A stretch of DNA of 64,000 nt. Source: a bacterium (GTDB lineage: Bacteria > Electryoneota > Electryoneia > Electryoneales > Electryoneaceae). Of the stretch, positions 40,818 to 49,400 are shown piece by piece (position 1 is the first letter of the stretch; each line of letters opens with the position of its first letter). The stretch lies in assembly GCA_963669175.1 (NCBI GenBank), contig OY769902.1, positions 3,968,001-4,032,000 on the forward strand. Reading direction: 5' to 3'. The notes under the pieces were generated by a model that saw only the letters and a program-made list of their open reading frames with translations, made no database searches and had not been told where the DNA came from. The position numbers and the translations under genes are program-made.

Positions 40818-41976
40818 GTGCCATTTTAGATCAAGTTAACTCGTTTATCGCGATGGTCTGACTGACCTTTCAGCTTGTGTTTGTTTCGGTATCGCAGATA
40901 AGCCTGGATAGCTTGGCCCTGTTCTTGATGGTCCATGAAGGTTCGTCCTCGTAGCGCGAATTTTTTCAATGCGGCGAAGTGAGCTTCGATGCGGTTCAGC
41001 CATGATGCATAGGTCGGCGTGAAGACCAGCGTGACCCGGTTTCGTTTGGCCCATTGTCTGATTTCTGCTTTTTTATGCGAGCCACGGTTGTCGAGGATGA
41101 TGTAGAGCCGGACAGTGGACGGATAACGTTTCCGAATGTTTTTGAAGAACGCCAACACCTCTGGCCACCGCTGGTTTGGACGTTGCCAGCCCCACAATTG
41201 ATCACTGTGGATGTCATACGCTGCCAGCAGATAGCGCGTGCCATGGGTACGCGTATAGGTAGCCGGCAGACGGACGGGTTGCTTGTGAGGATGCCAGCTC
41301 GCACCCGCGTGGGGCCGGATCTCCAGCGGCCCGAACTCGTCAAAGCAGATCACGCGCCGGTTTGCCTTCGGCGGCGCGTCATAGAGACGTCGGATGCGTT
41401 TTTTTTTCTGTCAAACTCGGGGTCCGGAGACTGTTTCCATGTCTTACTCTGCTGATAGCTGATCTTATTCTTGTGCAGCAACCAGCGCAGGTGCGGCAGG
41501 CTGATCGATTCGATGATGCCTTCTGCGACCAGATAATCGCGAAGCTTCTCCAGGGACCATTGGCCGAAGGGTAAGCCGAGATGGTCTGGCGGCGTAACAA
41601 CAACGTCAACGATCTGCTTCTGGACAGCAGCATCGAACTTGAGCGGCTTCTGGCCTTTGTACTGACTGCCAACACAGGAAAGACCCTGTTCATTGAAAGC
41701 ATGAACGATCTTGCGGATGTAACTGGCATGCCCCATCCGTTGCTGCTGAAGCTGCACAGGGGACAGGCCGGTATCTGTCGCCAACAAAATCATCGCACGG
41801 CGACGGGCTACGGGATCAGGACTACGATCACGAATCCGTTGAAGGGAATGACCTTCATCGACTGTCAAAGAACGAAGCTTCACTGGGGTAGACATCAGAA
41901 CCTCCTTGTTAACCTACCCCTTATACGCACTACTTTCAAAAACGACTCAACACTCAGACTTGATCTAAACTGGCAC
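40818..41976 (-). mobile_element. IS630 family insertion sequence (1,159 bp)
   Basis: TIRs gtgccattttagatcaagt and acttgatctaaactggcac (18/19). TA duplication at 40816-40817 and 41977-41978 within CTAG. Confidence 0.93.
40826..41895 (-). CDS. IS630 transposase, orfA/orfB joined by a -1 frameshift
   Basis: orfA HTH (41350-41895) and orfB DDE (CFDE, ILDN..SH, SWLNRIE). An A9 run at 41399-41407 gives KKKRIRRLY after a -1 shift. Confidence 0.92.
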
Positions 41977-43361
41977 TAGGACAAAAGGAACGAAGTGGTG
42001 ATAATCATGTATACGGCCAGACCGATCACATCATTGGTCATGGTAATGAATGGACCGGAAGCGTGAGCCGGATCCTGTTTCATGCTCTTCAGAAGGAATG
42101 GAGTCGTCGCGCCTGTCACAGCAGCAATCAGGATCACAGCCACCAGGGCGCTGCTTACAACCAGCGCGACATGCAGATCGCCACGCCACAGGTAGATCAC
42201 GCCGGTGAATATGGCTGCAATGACAGTACCGTTTATCAACCCGATAGCCACTTCCTGTAACACTTTTCGGAAGGTATTATGCGGGTGAATCTCGCCGGTA
42301 CCCAATCCACGCACTACGATGGTCGAAGACTGGATTCCCACATTCCCAGCAACAGCGATGACAACGGGAATGAAGAAGGCGATAATCAGAAGTTGTGAAA
42401 GCGCAACTTCATACTGCGCCAGCACCAGCGCGCTGAGAAGTTCACCGAGGAAGGCGACAATCAGCCAGGGAAGACGTGCGCGGGTAGCGACCAGAATGTT
42501 CCGTTCAAACGGCTCCTCTTCCGTACCGGTCAGACGGCTGATATCCTCGTCCGCTTCATCTTCTATAACATCCAGGATATCGTCAATGGTAATACGCCCG
42601 ATCAGACGGTTATCGCTGTCTACTACCGGGGCGCTGATAAGGTCGTAGCGCTTAAACTTCTGGGCTACCTCTTCCTGGTCTTCTTCGGTATGGATTACAA
42701 CCATATCCGGGTCCATGATCTCGGTGACCACCTGCCTGCGTGGCGCAAGCATCATCTCGAGAATGGAAATTCGACCTACAAGTTTGCTCTGCTTATCCAC
42801 GACATAGACATAGTGGATTTCTTCCACATGTTCACGTTCGCGCGCTTCACGAACTGCTTCGACTGCATCAATGACACAGGCAGAGTCGCTGACCGTCACC
42901 AACTCAACCGCCATCAAGCCACCGGCGGTTTCCTCGTCATACCCGAGCAGGCGTTCTACTTCTTCACGATCTTCGGCGTCGGTTGCCGCGAGAACACGTA
43001 GGCGAAGAGGCTCATCCAGCAAGGCGGCGATGTCAGCAGCGTCATCCGAATCCAGCTCACCGAGAATATTCCCGATACGCTCTTCCGTCATGCGCTCCAG
43101 GACATCTTCCTGGTCAGATTCTTCCAGTTCGGCGAGTACTTCGTGCTGTAAATCGGGGAACACGAGATCGAAGATGAGATTACGTTCGAACGCACCAAAC
43201 CCGCCCATCAACCCGGCTACTTCCGCGGGATGAAGTCCTTCTACCAGAGCACGGGTTTCGTCGAATTTCTGTTCGTCAAGTAAGGTCTGGATGACTTTAA
43301 ACAGATCTTCGAGTTTTGGCCGTTCGACTGGATTGGTCTGGTTTTCGATCTCCTCGGGCAT
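41976..43361 (-). CDS. mgtE: Magnesium transporter MgtE
   Basis: MgtE N domain, CBS pair, RLPWL, AGNVGIQS, PFITMTND. Confidence 0.97.
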   Translation of the reverse strand: MPEEIENQTNPVERPKLEDLFKVIQTLLDEQKFDETRALVEGLHPAEVAGLMGGFGAFERNLIFDLVFPDLQHEVLAELEESDQEDVLERMTEERIGNILGELDSDDAADIAALLDEPLRLRVLAATDAEDREEVERLLGYDEETAGGLMAVELVTVSDSACVIDAVEAVREAREREHVEEIHYVYVVDKQSKLVGRISILEMMLAPRRQVVTEIMDPDMVVIHTEEDQEEVAQKFKRYDLISAPVVDSDNRLIGRITIDDILDVIEDEADEDISRLTGTEEEPFERNILVATRARLPWLIVAFLGELLSALVLAQYEVALSQLLIIAFFIPVVIAVAGNVGIQSSTIVVRGLGTGEIHPHNTFRKVLQEVAIGLINGTVIAAIFTGVIYLWRGDLHVALVVSSALVAVILIAAVTGATTPFLLKSMKQDPAHASGPFITMTNDVIGLAVYMIITTSFLLS

Positions 43362-43527
43362 TACACGCTCAATGGTTGCACCGCTCTATTCACACGATCT
43401 ACAGGAAAAACAAAGATGAACAGGATTTTCTACAAGTACTCACAGGATGATAGGGTGAAAGGATGATAAGGATAATGAATACTTTGTGTATAGCTGTTCG
43501 CGATGTTATTCTGCTATAAAACTGCCG

Positions 43528-43651
43528 GGAAAAGGGGACGGGATCCTTTTCCTCACGCTAACATTGAATCCTCTTGCTGAATCTTTAGAAAAGGAAACTG
43601 TCCCCTTTTGCTTGTAATTCCTGCCTGCGCGCAAGAAAAAGGGTACATCCA
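43528..43651. repeat. Cluster of three degenerate GAAAAGG.AC.GTCCC REP-like motifs
   Basis: ggaaaaggggacgggatccttttcc, gaaaaggaaactgtcccctttt and gaaaaagggtacatccc; same family as 57086-57331. Confidence 0.55.
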
Positions 43652-43663
43652 CCATCCAACTTT

Positions 43664-44695
43664 TCAACCTTCGAACTTTCTAACTTTTTGCGGTATCAGT
43701 TGCGCAGCCAGCCAGGCGTATTCTTCAGCGCTTATAGTTTGCGGACGTCGTGACCAGTCGAAATCGATCTGTTCCCACGGTCCGATTCCTGAAATCCCGG
43801 ACATACTGTTTCGCAGCATTTTCCGTCGTTTGCTGAATGTGCCTTTAACCAACCGCTTAAAGGTCTGCCAGTGTGGAACCGGATAGCGTGGCTCACCGCC
43901 TATCGGCAACATCAAGACACCTGCATCCACTTTGGGCGGTGGCTGAAATGCTGTCCTTGGCACTTCCAGGATAAGCTCCGGTTCCCCCCACAACCTGGTG
44001 AACACCGCCAGGATACCGTATTCACTATCACCAGGTTCTGCAATGATTTTATGCACCACTTCCAATTGCATCAGGAGCACGATCCCCTTGAGTACTCCAG
44101 GACGCTCCAACGCCATATCCATTGCATGAAACATAAGGTTTGACGTGATATGGTACGGAAGATTCCCAGCCAAAATGAAAGGTTTTTCCTCCATGAGGTC
44201 AGCCCAATCCACCTGCAGGATATCCTCATGGAAAACTTTGAACCGGGAATGATCCGGCCAGTGCTCTCCGAGCACCTCAATCATGCGCTGGTCAATTTCT
44301 ACCGCGGTAACGGACGCTCCCTTTTCCAGCAATGCTTCTGTCAAAGCGCCTGCTCCGGGACCGACTTCAAGCACACGGTTCGTACCCAGCGCCATAACCG
44401 CAGAAGCAATCTGGCTGCATGCATATGGATCTTCCAGCCAGTTCTGCCCCAGCGACTTTTTGTTGGGTGGCAAACCACCATGTTTTCTAGCGTAACCTAT
44501 TGGTCTGGCTAATCTTGAAGCTGAGTCATCCTGTACCTGAGAAGATGATGATAACGCTGCCAATCTTTCTTCAATCTCCTCGGCAGAAAGCGGCTCAGCA
44601 TTATCCGCCTGGAATCCGTTTTGGTCTCCAGGTTGAACCTCCGGTACTGAGAAAGTCTTTCCCGGCTTTTTATTTGGCTTGTTTCGTTTTGACAT
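43664..44695 (-). CDS. rsmA: 16S rRNA dimethyladenosine transferase with N-terminal extension
   Basis: KKSLGQNWL, LEVGPGAGALT, AGNLPYHI, FQPPPKVD, RRKMLRN. Confidence 0.95.
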   Translation of the reverse strand: MSKRNKPNKKPGKTFSVPEVQPGDQNGFQADNAEPLSAEEIEERLAALSSSSQVQDDSASRLARPIGYARKHGGLPPNKKSLGQNWLEDPYACSQIASAVMALGTNRVLEVGPGAGALTEALLEKGASVTAVEIDQRMIEVLGEHWPDHSRFKVFHEDILQVDWADLMEEKPFILAGNLPYHITSNLMFHAMDMALERPGVLKGIVLLMQLEVVHKIIAEPGDSEYGILAVFTRLWGEPELILEVPRTAFQPPPKVDAGVLMLPIGGEPRYPVPHWQTFKRLVKGTFSKRRKMLRNSMSGISGIGPWEQIDFDWSRRPQTISAEEYAWLAAQLIPQKVRKFEG

Positions 44696-44780
44696 GGGTC
44701 AAAGATACCCGTACCATTTTCCTGTAGCAAGCCATCCGTCCTTTGATGCCACAATTGGTGAGGCTTTTTGATAATATGAC

Positions 44781-44809
44781 TTGACTTTGCATTATCAGCC
44801 CGTTATAAT
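44781..44809 (+). promoter_or_regulatory. Sigma-70 promoter of rho
   Basis: TTGACT-N17-TATAAT, ~270 bp upstream of the rho ATG. Confidence 0.85.
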
Positions 44810-45083
44810 CCGATATCCAGCCTTTCGAGGCCCACAGCGATAATTTTCTTTTACCAGCAGAACCCCAGTTCCGGATTCCGGCAGACTTTGGTGAAAAGGT
44901 ACGGTTCGTACCAGGATCGTTTGGGTAAACCAGGCTGGATAGCGATAAAAATACCCGCTCAAAAGTGGTTCAGAAAACTCCTGACGAAAAAAAAAGCATA
45001 GCTGCTTAAAAGGATATCCCTCAGGATAACGAAACAAAAATCCATTTGATACATGTTACAACCTCACGAAGGAAGTCCCCCCC

Positions 45084-46358
45084 ATGGAACTAGCCGAACT
45101 CAACACTCTGAAGATAGCCGAGCTGAATAAGCTGGCCAAAGATCTCCAGGTGGAAGGTTACAGCGGTTTTCCCCGCAAAGAACTCGTTTTCAAGATTCTT
45201 GAAAAACAGGCTCAGAAGGAAGGGTTGATATTTGGCAACGGCGTTCTGGAAATCCTGCCGGATGGTTACGGTTTCCTGCGCAGCCAGGCATCGAACTACC
45301 TGCCAGGCCCGGATGATATCTATGTTTCCCCTTCCCAGATCAAACGATTCGGGTTGCGAAAGGGACATATTGTCGCTGGCCAAATTCGTCCGCCAAAAGA
45401 AAATGAGCGCTTCTTTGCCCTTTTGAAGGTCGAAGCTGTCAATTTCGAAGCGCCGGAACGTGTTCGCGATAGCATCTTATTTGAGAACCTTACTCCGCTG
45501 CATCCGGATGAACGCATCAACCTGGAATACAATCCCACTGATCGTTCAACACGGATTATGGACCTGTTTGACCCGATCGGTAAAGGCCAGCGTGGTCTGA
45601 TCGTAGCCCCACCCCGCACCGGTAAGACTGTGCTGCTTCAGAAGCTTGCACACGCGATTGAGAAGAACCATCCTGAGATCATGCTGATCGTCCTGCTCAT
45701 CGACGAACGTCCTGAAGAAGTCACCGACTTCCAGCGTACGGTCAAGAGCGAAGTGGTCAGCTCGACCTTTGATGAACGTCCCGAACGTCATATTCAGGTC
45801 GCCGGCATGGTGATCGAAAAGGCCAAGCGGCTGGTGGAATACGGCAAGGATGTGGTTATTCTGCTTGACTCGATTACACGTCTGGCGCGTGCCCACAACA
45901 GCGTGGCCCCGCACTCCGGACGTATCCTGTCCGGTGGTGTTGACGCTACAGCGTTGTATGAACCGAAAAAATTCTTCGGTGCGGCTCGTAATATCGAGCA
46001 TGGCGGCAGCCTGACCATCATGGCAACCGCCCTGGTCGAAACCGGCAGCCGTATGGATGAAGTCATCTTTGAAGAGTTCAAGGGCACCGGCAACATGGAG
46101 CTGGTACTCGACCGTCGTCTCGCGGAAGCACGCATCTTCCCGGCTATCGACATCAACAAGTCCGGTACCCGTAAAGAAGAACGCATCCTCGACGAACATG
46201 TACTCAACCGTGTCTGGATCCTGCGTAACATGCTTAGTGATTACAGCTCGATGGAAACCATGAAGTTCATCCTCGACAAGATTCGCAAGTCCGAAACCAA
46301 CGAGGAATTTCTGGGCAGCATGTCTAAAGCAGGCAACGACAGCAGGCGGAGTTACTAG
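45084..46358 (+). CDS. rho: Transcription termination factor Rho
   Basis: [46 protein letters not shown]. Confidence 0.99.
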   Translation: MELAELNTLKIAELNKLAKDLQVEGYSGFPRKELVFKILEKQAQKEGLIFGNGVLEILPDGYGFLRSQASNYLPGPDDIYVSPSQIKRFGLRKGHIVAGQIRPPKENERFFALLKVEAVNFEAPERVRDSILFENLTPLHPDERINLEYNPTDRSTRIMDLFDPIGKGQRGLIVAPPRTGKTVLLQKLAHAIEKNHPEIMLIVLLIDERPEEVTDFQRTVKSEVVSSTFDERPERHIQVAGMVIEKAKRLVEYGKDVVILLDSITRLARAHNSVAPHSGRILSGGVDATALYEPKKFFGAARNIEHGGSLTIMATALVETGSRMDEVIFEEFKGTGNMELVLDRRLAEARIFPAIDINKSGTRKEERILDEHVLNRVWILRNMLSDYSSMETMKFILDKIRKSETNEEFLGSMSKAGNDSRRSY

Positions 46359-46388
46359 CCCAGCAATAGCAGACATACGTGATTTTTC

Positions 46389-46422
46389 AACGCGGATCTG
46401 TTCAGGTCCGCGTTTTTGTTTT
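46389..46422 (+). terminator. Intrinsic terminator after rho
   Basis: aacgcggatctg-tt-caggtccgcgtt followed by a T-tract. Confidence 0.85.
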
Positions 46423-46491
46423 GGTTAAAGTTTTAACACGTTGTATATTCACAGACCTGCGACTGGCATTCGGAGCTTGGAGGAACACGTG

Positions 46492-46998
46492 ATGGAGCCA
46501 AGGAAGTACTATACACATCCCAAACCACTCCGTGTAATGGGAAGGTCTATTGTAATCATTATGTTCATTGTCCTGTTGTTCATGTTGCTGGATCAGTTTA
46601 TGTCGCGGGATGGACATTCTGCATCCTCATCCCTTCTCATTTTCCTGATATTTATCCCGAGTAACCTGGTCTTTTTCCTGGCTGCACCGGTAGCGTGGGA
46701 CGGATCGCAATGGATATTCCGCAATACGAAAGAGAAGGATAGTGTCGGCTGGCGTGTGAAAACCTTGAAGCTTGTTCCCGAACAAATAATACAGATAGAA
46801 CTGGAAAAATTCTCCACCCAGGATAAAAAGATCAACAGAGTGCTGATTTATTACGTGGAAAATGGCCTTGAGCAATGCCGGTTTTCCGGCAGAATGGTGA
46901 GCTGCAATGACGTTCTTCACGACCTGAACACCTGGTTCCCGGAGAAACTTGGCCCTGAAGCCAGGGCATGGCTGGCAACCCATCCGGAAGAGATATAA
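46492..46998 (+). CDS. Hypothetical membrane protein (2 TM segments plus soluble domain)
   Basis: GGAGG RBS, two hydrophobic segments. Confidence 0.7.
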   Translation: MEPRKYYTHPKPLRVMGRSIVIIMFIVLLFMLLDQFMSRDGHSASSSLLIFLIFIPSNLVFFLAAPVAWDGSQWIFRNTKEKDSVGWRVKTLKLVPEQIIQIELEKFSTQDKKINRVLIYYVENGLEQCRFSGRMVSCNDVLHDLNTWFPEKLGPEARAWLATHPEEI

Positions 46999-47019
46999 GA
47001 CGCGAGCAACCTTCGCAAG

Positions 47020-47690
47020 GTTCATTCCGGGTGGCCCGATTTTGCCCTGCGATCAACTTGATATCAATGTTGTTCTTGATGGTAGACAGGGCTTTCACTC
47101 GCACAAAAAGTCGTTGGCAAAGTCGGGATGGTGAAAAAACTTGGTTCCTCACAAGAATTTGTGCATCCGGGCAATGTTGTGGCTGGTCTTGACGCGACTT
47201 TCCGTTTTCAGCTTTCGCTATGTTTTCCTGGATGCACGATGATACTGAAACCACAACGCGTCCTGTTATTGTCGCGTTGTGACCTGCCACCGGTATCTGC
47301 ACTCTCGAGGTTACAACGTGATGCCTGATGACCATCTATCATGCGAAATAGCAGATGTGAAGTCGGACAGGTGTTTAAAATTGCGGAGAAGAATAAGAAA
47401 AAGGCATCACATCAAGACCTGACGAAACGTGCTCTTCGAAAGTATGCACAAATTCTTGTGAGCAGCCAAAAACTTGAAAATTCAACATGGTCGTGCATCC
47501 TGAACCTTTGCGCAATCCCGACTTGCCCCCAGGAACTCACTGTATCAAACATCCCTTGCATTCCATAGAAACTTGCAAAGAATTCAGCATCACGACCTGG
47601 CAAATCGGGCCACCCAGCATGGATTTTCACCTCTGCATAGCCTATAACAAGCAACGCCCCCATGCGCTTCCATGAGGGCGGTTTGTTTTT
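47020..47690 (+). ncRNA. Candidate large structured ncRNA / long foldback element
   Basis: Five nested long-range inverted repeats (8-26 bp), local hairpins and a terminal intrinsic terminator, with no credible ORF. Strand inferred from the terminator only. Confidence 0.5.
47655..47690 (+). terminator. Intrinsic terminator
   Basis: cgccccatg-cgcttc-catgagggcg followed by gtttgtttttt. Confidence 0.7.
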
Positions 47691-47896
47691 CCTCGACTGC
47701 CGCCTGGGCGCAATCCCAGGGTTCCTTTGGCGCGGCTTGACAGGAGATCAGATCCTGGGCCCCCTGTTTCAGCCCAACAGCCGGTCCGTTTAACGGGCAT
47801 CATGCTTAATATCCGCAAGCCTGATCAGGATAACGTAAGCAACATGTTACGGCTCGCTTACAGGAGGCATGCCCACGAATCAAAGGATGATGCCCT

Positions 47897-48055
47897 TCAT
47901 TTGCCCGGAGGGGGCCTCGAAAAAGATGACGCCCTCAAGGGTTCGTTTTCAAAACATGCACCACTGAATCGATGATGGTCCAAAGCGCATACCTGGTAAT
48001 GCTTCAATGAATCGTTGTCAACCAGTGAGTGATGCAGCAGTTTTTTCGCAACCAT
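47897..48055 (-). CDS. Possible 52-aa small ORF (His/Cys-containing)
   Basis: GAGGAGG RBS 5 nt before the ATG; MVAKKLLHHSLVDNDSLKHYQVCALDHHRFSGACFENEPLRASSFSRPPPGK. Confidence 0.35.
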   Translation of the reverse strand: MVAKKLLHHSLVDNDSLKHYQVCALDHHRFSGACFENEPLRASSFSRPPPGK

Positions 48056-48340
48056 GAGTACCTCCTCTGTTGGTCCCCAGGGTAACTTTTACTGACGGTT
48101 GTTCCGTCTGAATATGCTACGACCCTATGCGAGATTTGTTCCCGCAAACAATTCCGGTTTTCAGCTTTCTCCTGCCCCCAGCAACGCGCCTATCCTATTT
48201 AATAACAACATTATAAATTCAATCAGCGTTAGTTAGCGCTATTCGTTACATGCCACAAGTGACCTTTCTAACTGCAAATATTTCTAAAGATTACGCAATA
48301 GAACATCCTACCTGTCCAGATGTCTCAGAGAGGTGACTCT

Positions 48341-48380
48341 ATTTATTGATATTCGATAAATAATTATTGATTTTCTATAA
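48341..48380. promoter_or_regulatory. Putative operator of the DUF2975/XRE operon
   Basis: Imperfect palindrome atttattg-atatt-cgataaat followed by a second degenerate copy, just upstream of the RBS. Confidence 0.55.
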
Positions 48381-48399
48381 GGTCAAACAGGAGACAGTC

Positions 48400-49095
48400 A
48401 TGACTGATCAAGACAACACCGCCACTCAGCCACATGCTTCGGCTTCGAACAGTTTCAAGCCCACACGCGCTGTCCGTGCATTTAGTATTCTGGTAACCAT
48501 ATGCTATTGGCTCAGTTATGTTGCAGGCGGATTATTACTGATCATTTTCCTGGCCTATTCAGCCGGGTTTGTGCCTTCACATATGCAGATCAAGTTGCCG
48601 GTGGCCTTCGGCTGGGAACAGGTTGTTTCTAGCGCTGATAGTGCAAGTCCGGATAAAACATACACCTGTGAATTTGAAGGAAAAGTCAGCACACCTGCAG
48701 AATATGCCAGTCATTTTATCAACATGCTGCGAATGTTTTTTGGCTTGATCCTCGTGACAGCCATGATATATGGCCTGTATCAATTACGCTTGATCATGAA
48801 GACATTACGTGCGGGCGAACCATTCGACGAGGCAAACCCCAAACGAATCCGAACGATTGGCTGGATCATTCTGTTTTGGGAGCCGGTGGTTTTTCTATCT
48901 GACGTGGTAACCGCGCCATATTATTGGAGTCCGTTGAAAGCCAGTTTGCAACAGGCTTTTGGCGATGCGATCCATTTCCAGCATGACTATAACATGAAGA
49001 TGGGCCTGGTCCTGGTCGGGCTGATTGTTCTGGTACTGTCAAAGGTGTTTGCTGAGGGTGTGCGCCTCCGTATTGAACAGGATTACACGGTATAG
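48400..49095 (+). CDS. DUF2975 domain membrane protein
   Basis: GEPFDEANPKRIRTIG and C-terminal VFAEGVRLRIEQDYTV; paired with an XRE regulator. Confidence 0.9.
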   Translation: MTDQDNTATQPHASASNSFKPTRAVRAFSILVTICYWLSYVAGGLLLIIFLAYSAGFVPSHMQIKLPVAFGWEQVVSSADSASPDKTYTCEFEGKVSTPAEYASHFINMLRMFFGLILVTAMIYGLYQLRLIMKTLRAGEPFDEANPKRIRTIGWIILFWEPVVFLSDVVTAPYYWSPLKASLQQAFGDAIHFQHDYNMKMGLVLVGLIVLVLSKVFAEGVRLRIEQDYTV

Positions 49096-49104
49096 GAGGC
49101 GGCA

Positions 49105-49314
49105 ATGGCAATCATTGTAAACCTGGATATCGTGCTGGCAAAGCGGAAGATGTCCCTGACCGAGCTGTCGGAAAAGGTTGGCCTTACGCTTGCCAACCTG
49201 TCAATTCTGAAGCAGAACCATGCCCGCGCAATTCGCTTTACGACGCTGAATGATTTATGCCATACACTTGACTGCCAACCGGGCGATTTGCTGGAATATG
49301 TACCGGATGAGTAA
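49105..49314 (+). CDS. XRE/Cro-type HTH transcriptional regulator (YozG-like)
   Basis: MAIIVNLD...NLSILK..ARAIRFTTL..LC..LDCQPGDLLEY. Confidence 0.95.
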   Translation: MAIIVNLDIVLAKRKMSLTELSEKVGLTLANLSILKQNHARAIRFTTLNDLCHTLDCQPGDLLEYVPDE

Positions 49315-49400
49315 CTCCCGGTTACACTTGTCAACACTGGTAATAGTCCCTTTTTTATAATCCTCATGCTATCTTGCTATCATTATAACGGAGACTGATC

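Noticed and set aside
46832-47335. 167-aa minus-strand ORF over the foldback region
   Set aside because: It has no RBS or recognisable motifs and overlaps a convergent gene; the region is better explained as structured non-coding sequence.
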